IMG/VR virus record: IMGVR_UViG_3300037583_000002
Location: 1-55,558 of that record
Reading direction: 5' to 3' (one strand)
DNA length: 55,558 nt
Source: a virus
Lineage: Duplodnaviria > Caudoviricetes
The position numbers and the translations under genes were made by a program. Of this stretch, positions 37,308 through 47,515 are shown in pieces (position 1 is the stretch's first letter; each line of letters starts with the position of its first letter). The notes under the pieces are model-generated. The model had not been told where the DNA came from and searched no databases. It was given only the letters and a program-made list of their open reading frames with translations.

Positions 37308-37883
37308 ATGGAACAGACACAAACTAACATGCAACGCGTAGAGCACGGCGTAGACTTCACGACACGTAAGACAGCGGACAACGACTATTCGAATGCAGTG
37401 TTCATTGACTGTAACTTCGAGGGCATGGACTTATCGTTCGCCAGCCTCAAAGACTCATCGTTCATCAACTGTAACTTTAAGGGGGCTGACTTATCTTTTG
37501 CCTCAGTGCAGTCGGCCACTTTCCGTCACTCAGACCTAACAAATGTTAACGTTTACGCCGCATGTATGTTCAGCGCGAACCTTGAGTCATCAACGTTTGA
37601 CCCATGCGATGTGAAGTCTGTCGACCTACGAGCGGCGAGACTACCTGCCAACTATTACGTGCTAGACCGCGCGTTACCGAACGGCGACCCAATCACTGCC
37701 CTGTTAACACCGACTACGCTGCGAGTGAACGAAGAAATTGCAGTACACAGCGTATGGGAAGAGCTAGTTGACGAGCACCCCGACGAGAGCTACCGCAAGG
37801 AAGTGAAAGCCTTGTTAACCTTCGCCCGTACCTTACGTGCACCGTCTGTTGCAGAGCCAGTAGCACTTGAGGAGGCGGCATGA
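37308..37883 (+). CDS. Pentapeptide repeat protein
   Basis: CNFEG MDLSF ASLKD SSFIN CNFKG ADLSF repeats; AGGAG RBS. Confidence 0.9.
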   Translation: MEQTQTNMQRVEHGVDFTTRKTADNDYSNAVFIDCNFEGMDLSFASLKDSSFINCNFKGADLSFASVQSATFRHSDLTNVNVYAACMFSANLESSTFDPCDVKSVDLRAARLPANYYVLDRALPNGDPITALLTPTTLRVNEEIAVHSVWEELVDEHPDESYRKEVKALLTFARTLRAPSVAEPVALEEAA

Positions 37884-38281
37884 GCACAACAGCCTTTCGT
37901 CGAACAAGACAGTACCAACAGCCCTACTTTGATGTTGGTCAGTACAAGTTCCAAATCAGGGGTGCATCATTGAATGGCGCAGGCGACCCAGCGATTAACA
38001 TGCAGGTCATAGAGTCATTCGATGGCCGTCGAGTTGGTGTGTACTACTACCGTAACTTTCACCTTACTGCAGCAACGACCCCTAAGTCGAGAGCTTTGTG
38101 GGAAAGGAAATTAGACATGCTACTTGGGGCTTTAGGCATCCGAGACCTGTCCGATTTAGGCGAGCTTGTCGGGCGTACAGTATTAGTAGAGTTCACGAAA
38201 TCGGGCTTAGAACCCCTGCCCAATTTCTTACCGCCAGACAGAGCTGTTCCCTTGTATACCAACGAGTTGCAAGCAGCTTAA
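37880..38281 (+). CDS. DUF669-like (OB-fold, SSB-like) protein
   Basis: G.Y.F.I N-terminus and L..LL.ALG......ELVGR.V.V pattern. Confidence 0.55.
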   Translation: MSTTAFRRTRQYQQPYFDVGQYKFQIRGASLNGAGDPAINMQVIESFDGRRVGVYYYRNFHLTAATTPKSRALWERKLDMLLGALGIRDLSDLGELVGRTVLVEFTKSGLEPLPNFLPPDRAVPLYTNELQAA

Positions 38282-38294
38282 GTCACTTTATTTT

Positions 38295-38337
38295 TAACAG
38301 TAACACTGTTGACATACGTTAGCAGTGTTTATATTAT
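38295..38337 (+). promoter_or_regulatory. Near-consensus sigma70 promoter with operator pair
   Basis: TTGACA(38309)-17bp-TATTAT(38332); TAACAGTAACACTGTTG 38295-38311; degenerate site 38320-38336. Confidence 0.85.
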
Positions 38338-38364
38338 GCGGCCACTTTTTTAAGCGGAGTCACA

Positions 38365-38481
38365 ATGAAATCAAGATACTACCGTCGCGACGAGCAACGT
38401 CTTACGCGCACCGTTTTGTCGTGTGTCGCTATAGTAGTATTACTGTTAACCAGTGCATTAGCATTTGCTACTAAATACTAA
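38365..38481 (+). CDS. 38-aa single-pass membrane peptide (not in ORF track)
   Basis: GGAG RBS; MKSRYYRRDEQRLTRTVLSCVAIVVLLLTSALAFATKY; contains operator 38432-38448. Confidence 0.65.
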   Translation: MKSRYYRRDEQRLTRTVLSCVAIVVLLLTSALAFATKY

Positions 38482-38522
38482 TAACCACCCTTTAAACACG
38501 AGCAAAACAAAAGGACGAACCA

Positions 38523-39026
38523 ATGAAATACATGATAGAGAACCTTGTAGCTATAGCGAAAATCAAGAACGCGATGGAGAAGCACGAAAGCGACCCTAAA
38601 ATGCTTGAGAAGATGCCGATTTATGTACCACTCACGACAATACTAATGGATGATGCGCACACAATGGACCGCCGAGCGAAAGTGTTAGCATCGACCCTAA
38701 CGAGCTTTGTTGCGGAGACAGCGCCAGCCTACAAAGACTTCAAGCCAGAGCAAGCAAAAGACGCTATTTCGGGCGCATTTGACGAAGCAATCAACATTAT
38801 CAGCCAGCTAAGAGACCGTATTGAAGATGACGAAGGCTTCAAAGCGGTTGTGCTGCGCAACTATGAGAACGACTACAAGGATATTGGCGACGAGCCAGAA
38901 AGTGATGAGGGCGTGACCGTCGAGAAGGTTGACGCGAACCACCCATTACACGCCCTATTCGAGCAGCTAGCAACAGAAATTGAAAAAGCAAAGCGCGATA
39001 CAGACGCTGTTCGCCCTCTGCATTAG
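38523..39026 (+). CDS. Hypothetical protein
   Basis: AAGGA RBS; clear ORF. Confidence 0.75.
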   Translation: MKYMIENLVAIAKIKNAMEKHESDPKMLEKMPIYVPLTTILMDDAHTMDRRAKVLASTLTSFVAETAPAYKDFKPEQAKDAISGAFDEAINIISQLRDRIEDDEGFKAVVLRNYENDYKDIGDEPESDEGVTVEKVDANHPLHALFEQLATEIEKAKRDTDAVRPLH

Positions 39027-39050
39027 AGTACAAAACACGGAGTACCAGTC

Positions 39051-39332
39051 ATGTTTGGAAACAAAGACCAATTAACCAAATTAGAAGAAGCAATCACCGA
39101 ATTACAAGGCCAAGTGCGAGCTTTAGCACGTAACACCAACAAGGCGCACAATCGCATCGACCAAGCCAATCTACGCACGGCGAACATTGAGCACTATACC
39201 GGTATGCGTTCGCACAGCTTTGAGAAAGGCGGCCGTATGTGGGATTACATGCAAATCCACAAAGACATAGCCAGTGGCACACGTCCTAAGTCACTGTTCG
39301 TTACTAAACATCGTATGGCGCAAGCAGCATGA
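39051..39332 (+). CDS. Hypothetical coiled-coil protein
   Basis: GGAG RBS; ATGA coupling. Confidence 0.7.
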   Translation: MFGNKDQLTKLEEAITELQGQVRALARNTNKAHNRIDQANLRTANIEHYTGMRSHSFEKGGRMWDYMQIHKDIASGTRPKSLFVTKHRMAQAA

Positions 39333-39733
39333 CACAGTTAAGCAAATATCAGCATACAGCGAATCGGATACTTGAACTTGAGCCTTTTGATGTGGATATG
39401 GTTTGCTTCTCAAATATCTCTAACCACTCAAGCCTAGAAGATTTAAGACACAGAGCCAACGAATGTGGGACGACATTTTGCATAGCGGGACGCTTAGCAC
39501 ACATAGACGGTTTCCCCGATGAGTACTGGGGCGAAGATCACTTTAACTTTACAGGATACTCGACAGAACTGTGTGGGCACAGTCTCATGAGCGAAGAGTG
39601 GGACTTCCTATTCAGCATGAATTGGCCTGATAGTCTACAAGCAGCGAAAAGGCGTGCAGCCTACGTTCTTGAGCACGATGCCTCCCCCTGTAAGAGTGAA
39701 TGGGAAGATAAATGGGGCTATGGAAAAAAATGA
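39329..39733 (+). CDS. Phage hypothetical protein (CGTxxCxAG family)
   Basis: CGTTFCIAG motif. Confidence 0.75.
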   Translation: MTQLSKYQHTANRILELEPFDVDMVCFSNISNHSSLEDLRHRANECGTTFCIAGRLAHIDGFPDEYWGEDHFNFTGYSTELCGHSLMSEEWDFLFSMNWPDSLQAAKRRAAYVLEHDASPCKSEWEDKWGYGKK

Positions 39734-39780
39734 GTTACGACGACTACCAAGTATTAAAGCAACATATGGGAGCATTTTAA

Positions 39781-40254
39781 ATGTCACGATTTTCAAATTA
39801 CACATTAGAGTCACACGACGTAGAGCGCCTCGAAATGGCAATCGACCTTTCAAGCATTGTTCAAGATGCCGTGGAAGATGGCAACGACATTAGCGAAATC
39901 TTACGTGATGTGAGCGACGACAACCAAATGGAGTACGTTGTTGACTTCATCGAAAGCAATGTTGACGACCAAAGCCTTTACGCCATGTTTAACGAGCGCA
40001 CTCAATCGCACGTCACTCACCGCTTTGTAACCACCCTATCGAACTGTATCACTGACGATGAGGACGAATCAGAGCAGCAGCGCCAAGCCAACCGCAAAGC
40101 ACGTATTGATGGGCTGACATTGGGGCTTGAAATGATAACCGAAGAGTTAGCCAATATTCGCGACTCTCAAGACTCAACACATGCCGAGCGCTTGAAGGCG
40201 CATGACAAACTAAAGGCCATTCAATCTGCCATTGGCGTTTTAGAATCACTTTAA
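39781..40254 (+). CDS. Acidic hypothetical protein
   Basis: GGGAG RBS; clear ORF. Confidence 0.75.
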   Translation: MSRFSNYTLESHDVERLEMAIDLSSIVQDAVEDGNDISEILRDVSDDNQMEYVVDFIESNVDDQSLYAMFNERTQSHVTHRFVTTLSNCITDDEDESEQQRQANRKARIDGLTLGLEMITEELANIRDSQDSTHAERLKAHDKLKAIQSAIGVLESL

Positions 40255-40255
40255 T

Positions 40256-40272
40256 TAACAGTAGCACTAATA
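40256..40272. promoter_or_regulatory. 17-bp operator copy
   Basis: TAACAGTAGCACTAATA; half-site at 40280. Confidence 0.75.
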
Positions 40273-40330
40273 ATTTAGCGAGTAGTGAATAACACACTAC
40301 TCACCCTCTAACCAACACAGGTATTTGACC

Positions 40331-40909
40331 ATGAAAAAACTAAAGCTGGGCTTACGCCTTAACGCCTATAACCGTCGCAAGATAGCACTTGCCGTTGTTA
40401 ACGCGCAGATAGGCGGACGCATCGAAAGCCTTAACCGAGAGCTGGCTGAACTAGGCCGTGACGTGTATGCCGCCCTATTCGATATGTATGGCATAGGTAA
40501 CTTGTGCGCTGACGGTGAGGACGTATCAACCATTATGGACGGCACACTGCCCGTTGCCCCTCACATCACTGTTACAAGCGCTGACAAAGCCGACATTATG
40601 AACTTGGACTTTGGTGGCGAGAAGCCAATCCCTTACTGCTACCAGATTGGCAACGTGAACGACACGCTATTTAACGACCTGCCAATGTTTGAGGAGCGCA
40701 TCATGGGTTTATTCCCTAAAAGTGCCCTTGTTAAGCAGCAAGCCGAAGAAATCGAGCTAAAGATGGTTAAATACCTTGAGACCCACAAAACGCTACGAAC
40801 AGCTGTTGAAGAAACACCAGGGCTCGCTGACATTATCCCTGACGAGTATTGCGAGGAGCAAAAAGAAGGCAAGTCATTAGACAGCATTCTACAAGGTGAA
40901 GTGGCATGA
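40331..40909 (+). CDS. Nmad5-like phage protein
   Basis: RLN...R.KI N-terminus and L...KTL....E.TP....IP C-terminal pattern. Confidence 0.55.
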   Translation: MKKLKLGLRLNAYNRRKIALAVVNAQIGGRIESLNRELAELGRDVYAALFDMYGIGNLCADGEDVSTIMDGTLPVAPHITVTSADKADIMNLDFGGEKPIPYCYQIGNVNDTLFNDLPMFEERIMGLFPKSALVKQQAEEIELKMVKYLETHKTLRTAVEETPGLADIIPDEYCEEQKEGKSLDSILQGEVA

Positions 40910-42957
40910 GCTGCTTCACCCAAGACGATAAGCTAGCGTTGAACGTCATTAAAAAGGCGTTCGACCTAGACATAATCGTGTTCCTTGATTGGGAGACCTT
41001 CTACAAGTCGAAGGCTAACAATGGTTCTAAGTCGTTCAGCTTAAAGTCGTTAACCTACCCTGAGTACATCTACGACCCACGCTTTCATGAAACTGGTTTA
41101 GGCTTAGTTATCGACTTAGACGATCACATTGAGTACGGCCATGGCGGTGCGTTCTACAATGCACAGATGCAGAAGTTGAAAGACGCACGCGCTGATGGTT
41201 TACGTATCGGCCTTGTCGCTCATAACACAGTATTTGACGGTGCGATTTGTAACTGGCGCTATGGGTTGAAGTTCGATTTTTACTTCGACACGATGTTAAT
41301 GCGTAAGTACCTAGCGGCGCATAGACCGAGCAGTCTAAATGCGTGTGCAAAGGACGAATGGCCTGATGACCCTGCCCTTCGTAAAGGTAACGACTTAGCG
41401 GACGTTGACGGTATCAAGTACGAGTACATTAGCGAGGAACAGCACGCGTCACTGGCTAAGTATTGTCGCCAAGACGTTAACCTAATGCGCCGTTTGTTCT
41501 TGGCTTACATACCGCGTATCGGTCTGGCGAACAGCACAGAGCTACGCGCCATGCACATCACCTTACGCGGGAACATTGAACCGCAGTTTGATATTCGCCA
41601 CGACTTGCTTGAGGAAGTTATCGAGGAAGAAAACATCAAAGATGGTGAGGCGGTTGTTGAGGCTATTCGTTTTTGTGCCGAGCATGACATATCGGGTATT
41701 ACACCTAAAACGTTCAGCTCGAACCCGCAATACGAGGAGCTACTAAGACACTTTGGCCTTCGCGTTCCTAAGAAGATTTCTAAGACGACAGGCCTGCTAA
41801 CCCCTGCCCTCGGTAAAGGCGACCCTGAGTACATTCGCCTACAGATAGACAACCCAGAGTACGCGCTGCTGTACAAAGCACGTGAGCGTATGAAGTCGAC
41901 TATCGCCAAGAGCCGTGCAGAGCGAATGATTAGCGTGTCATCCACCTTCCGCAAGCATGGGTTCACTGACGCATGTATGCCGTTTTTCCTTAATTACTAC
42001 GGTGCGGGACAGACAGGTCGTTGGTCGGGTGGGCAGAAGCTAAACCAGCAGAATAACACTCGTGGTGGTAAGCACCGCTTGTCGATGCTAGCGCCTGATG
42101 GCTACCAGATTGGCGTGTGTGACTTATCGAACATTGAGTTACGTGTGAACTTGTGGTTCTGCGGCCAAGAGGACTTGCTAGAAAACTTCCGTAATGACCC
42201 GAACTTCGACCTATACAGTGACATTGCGACGGACATATTCAGCTACAAGGTGACGAAGAAAACGCACCCTGACGAGCGTCAAATGGGTAAGGCTGCGGCA
42301 CTTGGCCTTGGCTTCTCAATGGGTTGGTTTGGTTTCCAGCAGTACCTTGCAAGTGGTCCGCTTGGCATGGAACCGATGTTCAAAGACGATGAGTTTTGTC
42401 GCAACGTAAAGAATGCGTATGACGTTAAGCACTACGCGATTAAGGCGATGTGGCACTTCTTGGCGAACACGGTCATGCCGGTGATTGTGAACGGTGGCGA
42501 GCTTCGCTTTGGGCCAAACGACTTATACATTGCACGAAAAGACCAAGTGGTTCTGCCGTCTGGTCGCGTTCTACAGTATAGCAACGCACGTTATAAGGGC
42601 GAAGAAACGCAGTCAGGTGTTTCGATGAAGGTGGTGTTTGACTCTGACAAGTACGACCGCTGGGGCAAACCTGTTCCTAAATACTTATGGCACGGCCTGC
42701 TTATCGAGAACATAGCACAGGCGACAGCACGTGACATTCTGGCCGAGCAGCTTGTGAACGTAGACCGAGAGCTAGATGAGAAGTATCTGGGCTGGGTGAT
42801 GGGTAGCGTTCACGATGAGCTACTTGCCGCTTTGAAGGAAGGCAGCGAGGACGAAGCGTTTGCAATCATGGAGCGCAACATGTCAAAAGCCCCTGAATGG
42901 GCTATCGGGCTACCGCTAGCGAATGAAGGCGGTTACGCCAAAGAATATTCTAAGTAA
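40906..42957 (+). CDS. Family A DNA polymerase with 3'-5' exonuclease
   Basis: DWET, HN..FD, YC.QDV; TGRWSG; DLSNIELR (A), R...K...LGLGF (B), VHDE (C). Confidence 0.95.
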   Translation: MSCFTQDDKLALNVIKKAFDLDIIVFLDWETFYKSKANNGSKSFSLKSLTYPEYIYDPRFHETGLGLVIDLDDHIEYGHGGAFYNAQMQKLKDARADGLRIGLVAHNTVFDGAICNWRYGLKFDFYFDTMLMRKYLAAHRPSSLNACAKDEWPDDPALRKGNDLADVDGIKYEYISEEQHASLAKYCRQDVNLMRRLFLAYIPRIGLANSTELRAMHITLRGNIEPQFDIRHDLLEEVIEEENIKDGEAVVEAIRFCAEHDISGITPKTFSSNPQYEELLRHFGLRVPKKISKTTGLLTPALGKGDPEYIRLQIDNPEYALLYKARERMKSTIAKSRAERMISVSSTFRKHGFTDACMPFFLNYYGAGQTGRWSGGQKLNQQNNTRGGKHRLSMLAPDGYQIGVCDLSNIELRVNLWFCGQEDLLENFRNDPNFDLYSDIATDIFSYKVTKKTHPDERQMGKAAALGLGFSMGWFGFQQYLASGPLGMEPMFKDDEFCRNVKNAYDVKHYAIKAMWHFLANTVMPVIVNGGELRFGPNDLYIARKDQVVLPSGRVLQYSNARYKGEETQSGVSMKVVFDSDKYDRWGKPVPKYLWHGLLIENIAQATARDILAEQLVNVDRELDEKYLGWVMGSVHDELLAALKEGSEDEAFAIMERNMSKAPEWAIGLPLANEGGYAKEYSK

Positions 42958-42972
42958 CGAACGTTCAAAAGC

Positions 42973-43011
42973 AAAGGGGACGGGTTTTGATATTTTCCTG
43001 TCCCCTTTTTT
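42973..43011 (+). terminator. Intrinsic terminator
   Basis: AAAGGGGACGGG/CCTGTCCCCTTT plus T run. Confidence 0.8.
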
Positions 43012-43038
43012 CACAAACAGATAACAGAGAGGCAGAAA

Positions 43039-43767
43039 ATGACAGTACAAGCCATAGCAGACAGCGCAACTAAGATACTTGAGGACATCGTAGCTGTTGC
43101 AGAAGCACACAACAAAACTGTAGACGAATTTAACGAAGCGGTTGACCACATTGAGGCGCTACAGGCACAGGTTGACGACATGCAGGCTGTCATTAACGAA
43201 AAGAATCGACTGCTTAACAAGCAGAGTGAAGTGATCGACAAAGCTATCGAGCACAAAGAAAAAGACCGCGCTGAGATTCAGCAGTTACGTGCTGAGCTAA
43301 AACTATTGCAGCGTCTTGACCCTAAACGCCTTGAGAAAGTGAACAAGACTCAGAAGGCGAAAATTGCTGAGCTTAAAGCTGACGTTGAAGCAGCTAGAAA
43401 GCAGAAAGTTGAGGCAATGAAGAAAGCGACTGAGCTGAGCCGTACGCTAAAAGCTGAGGGCTTTATGCCATTTTACCAAGACCCTGAAACGGGCAATAGC
43501 ATTCGCGTGATCCCACACATGTATGTGAGCAAAGACAATGAATACAACGGTGTGCCTGATACACCTGTCCTTGAGTTCCACCATAAAGCGCGTGGGATCA
43601 CACGACAAGGCGTACTGTTGAAAACAGGTGAAATCAATTGGGCCATGGCTCAAAACTCATCACCTACTGAAATAGATTCACAAATAGCGAAAGACCACAT
43701 TATGGACTACTGCAAGCGCAATAAAGTGGCGACCAAATTCATCAAAGACATTAAGAAGGCGGCATAA
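43039..43767 (+). CDS. Coiled-coil hypothetical protein
   Basis: GAGG RBS; long heptad N-terminus. Confidence 0.8.
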   Translation: MTVQAIADSATKILEDIVAVAEAHNKTVDEFNEAVDHIEALQAQVDDMQAVINEKNRLLNKQSEVIDKAIEHKEKDRAEIQQLRAELKLLQRLDPKRLEKVNKTQKAKIAELKADVEAARKQKVEAMKKATELSRTLKAEGFMPFYQDPETGNSIRVIPHMYVSKDNEYNGVPDTPVLEFHHKARGITRQGVLLKTGEINWAMAQNSSPTEIDSQIAKDHIMDYCKRNKVATKFIKDIKKAA

Positions 43768-43769
43768 CA

Positions 43770-44129
43770 ATGGCTAAACCAAATAACTTTGCGACAACTA
43801 AACCTACGGTAGTGCTACTAGTGCTGCCTGACGATGAGCCTAAAGTGCTTAAAGACGACAACAACGAAGTCATGGTGTTCCCTAACCTACGTAAAGCGCA
43901 GAAGCACGTAGCGAATAAGGTTGAGCCTGAGTTCCACCCTTTTATTGAGTATGCCAACGAAACGCCTGTTATGGGTGCTGGCGACCGAGAGGAGACGAAT
44001 AATCGCCGCTGTTTGAAGTGCAACGAGTTCCTACGCCCTAGCTACCGCCAAACTAAGTCAGTAATGCCTGACGGTTCAGAGCTGGCCGTTACTGAGCTAG
44101 ATTGCCCGAAATGTGACTTAGGTGAGTAG
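43770..44129 (+). CDS. Hypothetical protein with C-terminal zinc ribbon
   Basis: CLKC...CPKC. Confidence 0.75.
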   Translation: MAKPNNFATTKPTVVLLVLPDDEPKVLKDDNNEVMVFPNLRKAQKHVANKVEPEFHPFIEYANETPVMGAGDREETNNRRCLKCNEFLRPSYRQTKSVMPDGSELAVTELDCPKCDLGE

Positions 44130-44131
44130 CT

Positions 44132-44521
44132 ATGAATAACCATCAAGAGTTTACGAGTGTAACGGCAGACGGTTTACCCTTCATTGGCGTGACGAACCCG
44201 ACACTTTACGAAGGTTTTGACCCTAAACTAACGCCATCCGACCTTGTTGAGTACGCTGGCCTTATCCCGCAGTTACTTTGTAATGGTGATGAGCACAGTA
44301 CATTCAAGCAGAACGTAGATGACAACTACGTTTACGGCCACCAATGGGGGACGCGAGCAACAATTGACGACGATGGTATGTATCACTACCCAGAAGATGA
44401 GCCTCTAGCCCCTATTCTAATGATACTAAACCCACGTACAGGGCAGCGAGCCTTTGTCTATCCTTACGCTCTAGTCGCCATTCAAGACGAAGGTAAATGG
44501 ATTACGACTCGGCTGGACTAA
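44132..44521 (+). CDS. Phage hypothetical protein
   Basis: YP.D.PL.P, VYPYA.V and RLD terminus pattern. Confidence 0.75.
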   Translation: MNNHQEFTSVTADGLPFIGVTNPTLYEGFDPKLTPSDLVEYAGLIPQLLCNGDEHSTFKQNVDDNYVYGHQWGTRATIDDDGMYHYPEDEPLAPILMILNPRTGQRAFVYPYALVAIQDEGKWITTRLD

Positions 44522-44549
44522 CTATTAGAATGCAGCGGAGTTAAAGTTT

Positions 44550-44633
44550 TAGCAGTGTAGCTACTAAAAATAGATTTTATATTGCTGATTATTATTAGTA
44601 ACACTGTTAAAATTCGCAACCTGTTTACTAATA
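44550..44633 (+). promoter_or_regulatory. Extended -10 promoter with operator cluster
   Basis: Sites 44550-44566, 44593-44609 and half-site 44617-44633; TGtTAAAAT at 44605-44613. Confidence 0.7.
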
Positions 44634-44648
44634 ATTAATTTTAACGAG

Positions 44649-44852
44649 ATGCCTGATTACATAGACAAATCAGTTGAGCAGCAGGAGTTAATGCTTGCTG
44701 TTCAGCTTGCAAATGCGAAGGTCAATACCCCTCGCCTGACACCTAAAGAAGCCTGTTACAACTGTGACGAACCGCTGGTGCATGAGCCTGACCGGTTGTT
44801 CTGTGACAAAGATTGTGCAGACGATTTCGAAAAATACCCAAGGGAGGCATAA
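44649..44852 (+). CDS. TraR/DksA-like C4 zinc finger protein
   Basis: N-terminal DxxD (MPDYIDKS) and CYNC.EPL...RLFC..DC. Confidence 0.75.
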   Translation: MPDYIDKSVEQQELMLAVQLANAKVNTPRLTPKEACYNCDEPLVHEPDRLFCDKDCADDFEKYPREA

Positions 44853-44857
44853 AGACA

Positions 44858-47515
44858 ATGAAACTACACTTTGTTTCCGCGCACAGCAAAATAGGCCCGA
44901 TGCGTAAAACGATTGGCCTAGCGGATGGTAGCTCACGCTCGTACCCGCTTGCTGCAAAATTAACGTCGTACGAAGCAGAGTTGAACGTAGAGGAAGAAGG
45001 CTTAGCAGGCTACCGAGAGTTGCTATTAGAGAACGCCCGATATGGTCGTGCGCTTTACAAAGGTTTGTTCATTCGCCCTTTAGCACATGAATCGCGTCGG
45101 AACATGACCGACCAAGACGCTCGCACCGAGTTTATGGTGCTGGACGTTGACGGTTTGAAGTTAGAAGGTGAACTGAAAGACCGCTACCGCTCGTCAGATG
45201 TTAAGCAGGTTGCCGAGTCGGTGATAGAAATGTTGCCTACCGCGCTGCATGACGTTTCTTACGTAGCTATGGCCTCAAGCTCATTTGGTCTGAACCAAGA
45301 TGAAGTGTCGGTTCACATACACTTTTTACTTGAAAATTCAGTGTCGCCCCGTGCGTTAAAAGAGTGGCTAACGTCGCTGAACTACTCACAGTCTGACATT
45401 TATAACAGGTTGAAGCTCACAAAAACAAAGACACGTTTAAAGAGTGTTATTGACCCCTGTCTAGCAGAGCCTGCCCGTCTAATTTATATCGCCCCACCTA
45501 GTTTTGGTCCTAAGCGCACTAATCCGTTTATCAACGATGACGAGCGTTTTGTGCTGGTTAAAAAAGGTAAAGAGTTGCTTAACCTTGACCCTTTACTTGA
45601 GGCCGTTCACGACAAGATGGATGCGATCAACCAGATACGTGATACCAAGATTAAGGAGTTGCAACAAGAAGCGGGAATTGTACGACACAAGCCGAAGTTT
45701 ACGCGCATAAACGTCGATGGCCGTCCGATGAATGTTATGGCTAACCCGCCGACTGTTCGTATGGAGTTTGCGTACGAGGACGACGAGTTTGTTCGCTATA
45801 ACGTAGGCGGTAGTAAGAACAATGCATATTGGGTTGCTCGCTCTAACCCCGAGGTTGTGCGTTGTTTCATACCTGACGAGCCAGCTTTCTTGTTTAAAAG
45901 CGCCGACGCGGAGGCATACGCCAAACATATTGAGAGATATGGTGAAGCGTACGAGGAAGTGAAGGACGACGAAGGTATCGTTCGCAAGGTTCAACGTTCG
46001 ATGTTTATTGACCAGACATCTGACATGTATATGACGATGGAGTACGACAAAGAGAACGACGAAGTAGTTGAACTCAAAGAGCGTAAGAACGCGCAAATTG
46101 CTGCGGAGTGGTTAAAGCATTACGGCCAACTTGTTCCTGACCCTGTTCCTGCTATCCATGTGACCTTGGACCCGAACCGAGGTGAGACACGTTACGCGAT
46201 AGGTGACAAGGACTACATAAACCGTTTCAAGCCATCGGTTTACATGCGCGACAAAACAACGCATGACTACCCTGAGACCCTAACATATGGCAACGCTTGG
46301 ATGCTGCACTACGACTGCCCTGTCATTAGTGAAATCATCTTAAATATGTTGGGTGATGATATGGACTGCTTCGAGCATTTCATTAACTGGCTCGCGTTCA
46401 TCATACAGAAACGAGACAAGACACAGACCGCTTGGCTTGTGCATGGTACAGAGGGTACGGGTAAAGGCTTACTGTTTAAGTCAGTTTTACGCCCATTAAT
46501 CGGCCAGCAGTACGTGGCACAGAACACGCTGCAAGGGATAGCCGACGACCAGTTTAACGGCTGGATGGAAGATTTAATGTTGTTGATGGTTGACGAGTTC
46601 AACATGCGCGGGGCGGCGAGCTTAACAAAAGCAGCGTCACTGTTAAAAACGCGTATTACCGAGCCAACCATGATGCTTCGTAAGATGCAGCAACAACAGC
46701 GAGAGGTTGTTCAACGCCTGAATTTCATCTTCGCGACAAACGACTTGGACGCAATGCCTGTAACCGATAAACGACGCTACAACATTGCACCGAGGCAGCA
46801 GAGAAACCTTGAGGCGCGGCTTGAGTATATCAAATCGCACCGTGAGCATACGGACGAGTTAATTAAGGGCGAGCTACACGCATTTGCCACTTACCTTCGC
46901 TCATTCAAGGTAGACACCCACCAATCTGGTTCAATCATCATGAACCAAGCACGAATCGACACGCAGAAAGCAGGTATGAGCGCATCTGATAGCTTCTTTA
47001 CCGCGCTACGTGACGGTGATTTTGGTGCGTTCATCGGTATTCTTGATAAGTCGACAGCCAACCTTGAGCCTAAAGAGTTTGCACAGTTGACGCGTGTTAA
47101 GACATTCCTGACGGCCAACTTAGAGCACGTGAATACAGGTAAAGCATGTTACTTGCTGCCCGATGATTTACGCATGCTTTATAGCTATCTGGCGGGCAAG
47201 GAAATATCTGAAAACGCCCTATCGCGAATGCTATCTACGCACGATGTTGAGAAGAAACGTAAGTCTCGCCCTGTAGGTGCTAGAGCGCCCCTACCGTCGC
47301 GTCCGCGATGTGTTGAAGTGTTCTGGAACTACAACGACGAGGAAGTGCTTGAGGCTATTAAAGATGCCAACAGCACCCTGCCAAGCAACGTTTCATCAAT
47401 CGACCCAGAAAAAAGAACCAGCGAGGACTTCGAGCGAGCTATGGCTGAGGCCAGAGCTGAGCTAGAAAAATCCGTTGAACCCGAAATATACTCAAATAAT
47501 GGATACGACCTATGA
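44858..47515 (+). CDS. Primase-helicase (AEP-like N-terminus, SF3/DUF5906 helicase)
   Basis: VLDVD and HIHF primase motifs; GTEGTGKG, MVDE, FATN; start moved to ATG after GGAGG. Confidence 0.9.
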   Translation: MKLHFVSAHSKIGPMRKTIGLADGSSRSYPLAAKLTSYEAELNVEEEGLAGYRELLLENARYGRALYKGLFIRPLAHESRRNMTDQDARTEFMVLDVDGLKLEGELKDRYRSSDVKQVAESVIEMLPTALHDVSYVAMASSSFGLNQDEVSVHIHFLLENSVSPRALKEWLTSLNYSQSDIYNRLKLTKTKTRLKSVIDPCLAEPARLIYIAPPSFGPKRTNPFINDDERFVLVKKGKELLNLDPLLEAVHDKMDAINQIRDTKIKELQQEAGIVRHKPKFTRINVDGRPMNVMANPPTVRMEFAYEDDEFVRYNVGGSKNNAYWVARSNPEVVRCFIPDEPAFLFKSADAEAYAKHIERYGEAYEEVKDDEGIVRKVQRSMFIDQTSDMYMTMEYDKENDEVVELKERKNAQIAAEWLKHYGQLVPDPVPAIHVTLDPNRGETRYAIGDKDYINRFKPSVYMRDKTTHDYPETLTYGNAWMLHYDCPVISEIILNMLGDDMDCFEHFINWLAFIIQKRDKTQTAWLVHGTEGTGKGLLFKSVLRPLIGQQYVAQNTLQGIADDQFNGWMEDLMLLMVDEFNMRGAASLTKAASLLKTRITEPTMMLRKMQQQQREVVQRLNFIFATNDLDAMPVTDKRRYNIAPRQQRNLEARLEYIKSHREHTDELIKGELHAFATYLRSFKVDTHQSGSIIMNQARIDTQKAGMSASDSFFTALRDGDFGAFIGILDKSTANLEPKEFAQLTRVKTFLTANLEHVNTGKACYLLPDDLRMLYSYLAGKEISENALSRMLSTHDVEKKRKSRPVGARAPLPSRPRCVEVFWNYNDEEVLEAIKDANSTLPSNVSSIDPEKRTSEDFERAMAEARAELEKSVEPEIYSNNGYDL

